Part shown: piece by piece, positions 61,003 through 64,000 of the stretch
Numbering within the stretch: position 1 is the stretch's first letter
Layout: each line of letters opens with the position of its first letter
DNA from: Nostoc sp. DedSLP01
GTDB lineage: Bacteria; Cyanobacteriota; Cyanobacteriia; Cyanobacteriales; Nostocaceae
Assembly (NCBI GenBank): GCA_034530875.2
Contig: JAVRCJ020000002.1
Location: forward strand, 96,001 to 160,000
Reading direction: 5' to 3'
DNA: 64,000 bases
Notes under the pieces: model-generated
The model's input: the letters and a program-made list of their open reading frames with translations, nothing else
Told to the model about the DNA's origin: nothing
Database searches by the model: none
Translations under genes and position numbers: made by a program

Positions 61003-61328
61003 TACTGCTTTGAGACGTTCGTAATTCTTAATTTGAACTCTATTAACGAGTATTTGATATTCGTAGTGGCGATCGCAATCCAAAAAAAGAGCCATAAGAT
61101 ACTGATTCCTTACTCCCCAAGACCGCAGTGACTCGTTCCTGGCTACATAGATAAGTGCAAACTTAAAACTGATTACTATAGGTTTTACATTCCCTTTGAG
61201 GTCTTAAAGTTGCGCCTTTAAGACAAATGTGCTTATTACTTATGATAGTTACTAAGACTCACCTGAATAAGTGAAAGTAGTGAGAGCAATGAGTGAGGTA
61301 AATATACTTAGTAATTGAGGTTCAAAGC

Positions 61329-61568
61329 ATGAACTCAACAGGTGAGGCTCAAACTGTGGACTCGTCCTGGTATCTTCCACTGCCGTTGAAAGAGTATGCA
61401 ATGAGCCGAGTGACTGTCTACTTTTATAGCGACGGGTGGGTTCCAATTAAATATTGTTTTTTGGAAAAGGCAATTTTGCTATATAACAGAGCAAAATTAG
61501 AGGGCAAGGAGATTTTATTATTTCCTCCTGATTTAGACCCTAATGAATTCTCACACACTTTTAATTAA
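61329..61568 (+). CDS. Small hypothetical protein (start 61329 or 61401)
   Basis: ATG ORF with compact C-terminal FPPDLDPN; no recognised domain. Confidence 0.4.
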   Translation: MNSTGEAQTVDSSWYLPLPLKEYAMSRVTVYFYSDGWVPIKYCFLEKAILLYNRAKLEGKEILLFPPDLDPNEFSHTFN

Positions 61569-61917
61569 AATCCATTTAGCTCTGCCATTTTTCAAAAAAA
61601 CATTGTAATAATTTTTTCCAATATACTGGCGTACTTTGTACGCCTTTATTAATCAATATCTTCTCTAAAATTTTATTAGTTTTAATATTAAATACAATTA
61701 TAAATTTTAAATTTAAGATGGATATAATTATTTTTAAAGGTTAAATTTTTAGTAAAAACGAGTAAAAAAAGGATTTTTAGTTTATTTGTTTTCAATAAGT
61801 TATTAATTTTATAATTAGGAAGAATCAAACTATTAAAAGTGAAATTAAACGCCGATTCTCTGGATATTGCCCATGAGATATAAAATATAAGAATTCAGTA
61901 AGTCAGCAAAGGTCAGT

Positions 61918-62352
61918 ATGCGATTACTACATACAATGTTGCGGGTAGGCAACCTTGAAGAGTCATTAAAATTTTATTGTGAAGTTCTGGGTATGAAATT
62001 ACTGCGGCGAAAAGATTATCCAGGAGGAGAATTTACCCTAGCTTTTGTAGGCTATGGTGACGAAAGCGATAACACGGTGATAGAACTAACCTACAACTGG
62101 GGAGTAGAAAAATATGAATTAGGTAATGCTTACGGTCACATTGCTCTTGGGGTTGATGATATTTACAGTAAATGTGAAGAAATTCGCAATCAAGGCGGTA
62201 AAATCGTGCGCGAACCAGGGCCAATGAAACATGGTTCGACAGTAATTGCTTTTGTGGAAGATCCAGATGGGTATAAAATTGAACTGATTCAACTGGGAAC
62301 TCAAGGCTCGGCAATCAAACCCGAATCACAAGAGCAACTTGTAAGTCAGTAA
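61918..62352 (+). CDS. gloA: Lactoylglutathione lyase (glyoxalase I)
   Basis: [29 protein letters not shown]. Confidence 0.96.
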   Translation: MRLLHTMLRVGNLEESLKFYCEVLGMKLLRRKDYPGGEFTLAFVGYGDESDNTVIELTYNWGVEKYELGNAYGHIALGVDDIYSKCEEIRNQGGKIVREPGPMKHGSTVIAFVEDPDGYKIELIQLGTQGSAIKPESQEQLVSQ

Positions 62353-62494
62353 TTCTAAAACTAAGAATTTATTTACTGTTGTTAACGAGCAACGCAGCGA
62401 TCGCTCTAAATAGTACCATTTGGCAAACTACGCTCATCAGCATGTTTTCGTTTTAAATTAGGGAATAGGTAGGGATTGGGGAGATGGCTTCGCT

Positions 62495-62605
62495 AAGGGC
62501 AAAGGCAAAGGGCAAGGGGTAAAGGGCAAGGAGCAAAGGGCAAGGGGCAAAGGAGAAAGGGAATAAACCCTACCTTTTCCCTTTCCCCTTTCACCTTTTC
62601 CCTAC
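62495..62605. repeat. STRR composite (AAGGGCA)n with pyrimidine-rich inverted counterpart
   Basis: Degenerate heptamers upstream of clpB. Confidence 0.75.
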
Positions 62606-62667
62606 CCGAAGGGTTTTGCCCGATACCCAATCCCTAAAATAAAAATCTCAAATCGAAACTTTTAAAG

Positions 62668-64000
62668 ATGCAACCTACAGATCCGAATAAATTTACAGAT
62701 AAAGCCTGGGAAGCGATTGTGAAATCTCAGGATATAGTTCGTGCTTATCAACAACAGCAACTAGATGTCGAACATTTAATTATTGCTCTGTTAGAAGAAC
62801 CCACTAGTTTAGCAATACGTATTTTAGCTAGGTCTGAGGTCGATCCAATCAGGTTGCAGCAGCAATTAGAAGCTTTTACCCAACGTCAGCCAAAAGTTGG
62901 TAAAAGCGATCAGCTTTATCTCGGTCGCAGTTTAGATGTTTTGCTAGACCAAGCCGAGGAAATTAGAGCCAGAATGAAAGATTCCTACATTTCTGTAGAA
63001 CACATTCTGCTAGCTTTTGCAGATGATGAACGCGTTGGGCGGCGGGTGCTCAAAGGCTTTAATGCAGATCCAGCGAAGTTAGAAGCCACAATCAAAGCTG
63101 TTCGCGGTAGCCAAAAAGTCACAGATCAAAATCCAGAATCCCGCTACGAGGCTTTACAAAAGTTTGGCAGAGACTTAACAGAACAGGCAAAAGCTGGAAA
63201 ACTCGACCCGGTAATTGGACGGGATGACGAAATTCGTCGCGTAATTCAGGTATTGTCACGCCGCAGCAAAAATAATCCGGTCTTGATTGGCGAACCTGGA
63301 GTTGGTAAAACTGCGATCGCGGAAGCATTAGCACAGCGTATGGTCAATGGTGATGTTCCCGAATCCCTGAAAAATCGCCAACTCATTTCTTTAGATATGG
63401 GTAGTTTGATTGCTGGGGCAAAATACCGGGGTGAGTTTGAAGATCGTTTGAAATCTGTTCTGCGCGAAGTGATGGAATCGAACGGTCAAATCGTTCTGTT
63501 TATTGACGAATTACACACCGTAGTCGGCACAGGTTCCAATCAACAAGGGGCGATGGATGCGGGAAATTTACTCAAACCCATGCTCGCGCGGGGAGAATTG
63601 CGTTGCATTGGTGCTACTACTTTGGATGAGTTCCGCAAACACATTGAAAAAGATGCTGCCCTAGAACGCCGCTTTCAGCAAGTATTCGTAGATCAGCCAA
63701 GTGTAGAAAATACTATATCCATTCTGCGGGGATTGAAAGAACGCTACGAAGTCCATCACAACGTTAAAATTTCTGACTCGGCTTTAGTCGCAGCAGCAAC
63801 CTTGTCAGCACGTTATATTAGCGATCGCTTTTTACCAGATAAAGCCATTGACTTAGTAGATGAGGCCGCCGCACAGTTGAAAATGGAGATTACCTCCAAA
63901 CCCGCAGAATTGGAAACCATCGACCGCCGCCTCATGCAGTTAGAAATGGAAAAGCTGTCATTAGCTGGTGAAGAAAAAGGTACTATCCAAACTAGAGAAC
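62668..64000 (+). CDS. clpB: ATP-dependent chaperone ClpB (5' part, runs off the window)
   Basis: [64 protein letters not shown]. Confidence 0.95.
   Translation, partial: MQPTDPNKFTDKAWEAIVKSQDIVRAYQQQQLDVEHLIIALLEEPTSLAIRILARSEVDPIRLQQQLEAFTQRQPKVGKSDQLYLGRSLDVLLDQAEEIRARMKDSYISVEHILLAFADDERVGRRVLKGFNADPAKLEATIKAVRGSQKVTDQNPESRYEALQKFGRDLTEQAKAGKLDPVIGRDDEIRRVIQVLSRRSKNNPVLIGEPGVGKTAIAEALAQRMVNGDVPESLKNRQLISLDMGSLIAGAKYRGEFEDRLKSVLREVMESNGQIVLFIDELHTVVGTGSNQQGAMDAGNLLKPMLARGELRCIGATTLDEFRKHIEKDAALERRFQQVFVDQPSVENTISILRGLKERYEVHHNVKISDSALVAAATLSARYISDRFLPDKAIDLVDEAAAQLKMEITSKPAELETIDRRLMQLEMEKLSLAGEEKGTIQTRE

Larger units (their letters stand above)
1..64000. repeat. HIP1 octamer (GCGATCGC) dispersed through the window
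   Basis: Dozens of copies, e.g. 785-792, 2873-2880, 6043-6050; hallmark of cyanobacterial genomes. Confidence 0.95.

Overview
64 kb of chromosome from a filamentous, Nostocales-like cyanobacterium. The assignment rests on abundant HIP1 GCGATCGC, heptameric STRR arrays and the sufR-sufBCDS arrangement. Most of the window is housekeeping or stress genes: two hybrid kinases and a response regulator, an M16 peptidase, the suf operon, a Cu-type P-ATPase, iscA, zeta-carotene desaturase, cobQ, BCP peroxiredoxin, an ABC-2 exporter, a decarboxylase, two TspO genes, gloA and the 5' part of clpB. The most interesting part is the accessory block at about 9.8-18.5 kb. It holds (i) a translationally coupled TRPM-like SLOG + SLATT (DUF4231) pair, a candidate nucleotide-gated conflict or defence module, and (ii) a divergent, AT-rich cluster that looks like an uncharacterised glyco-RiPP-like system. 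That cluster encodes a PqqD/RRE protein carrying its own lasso-type leader and a putative core peptide in cis, three GT2 glycosyltransferases, a degenerate nucleotidyltransferase, a TPR+GT-B-like protein and a convergent DUF1796 papain-like peptidase. Also seen: a four-gene nuclease patch including an HNH gene split by one in-frame TGA, hicAB, a hidden PEP-CTERM remnant, a family of TTA-flanked MITE-like elements (one inside a triple nest), and repeats recruited in frame into coding genes. No rRNA, tRNA, CRISPR array or intact transposase was recognised. All family assignments come from motif recognition by eye, not from database searches.
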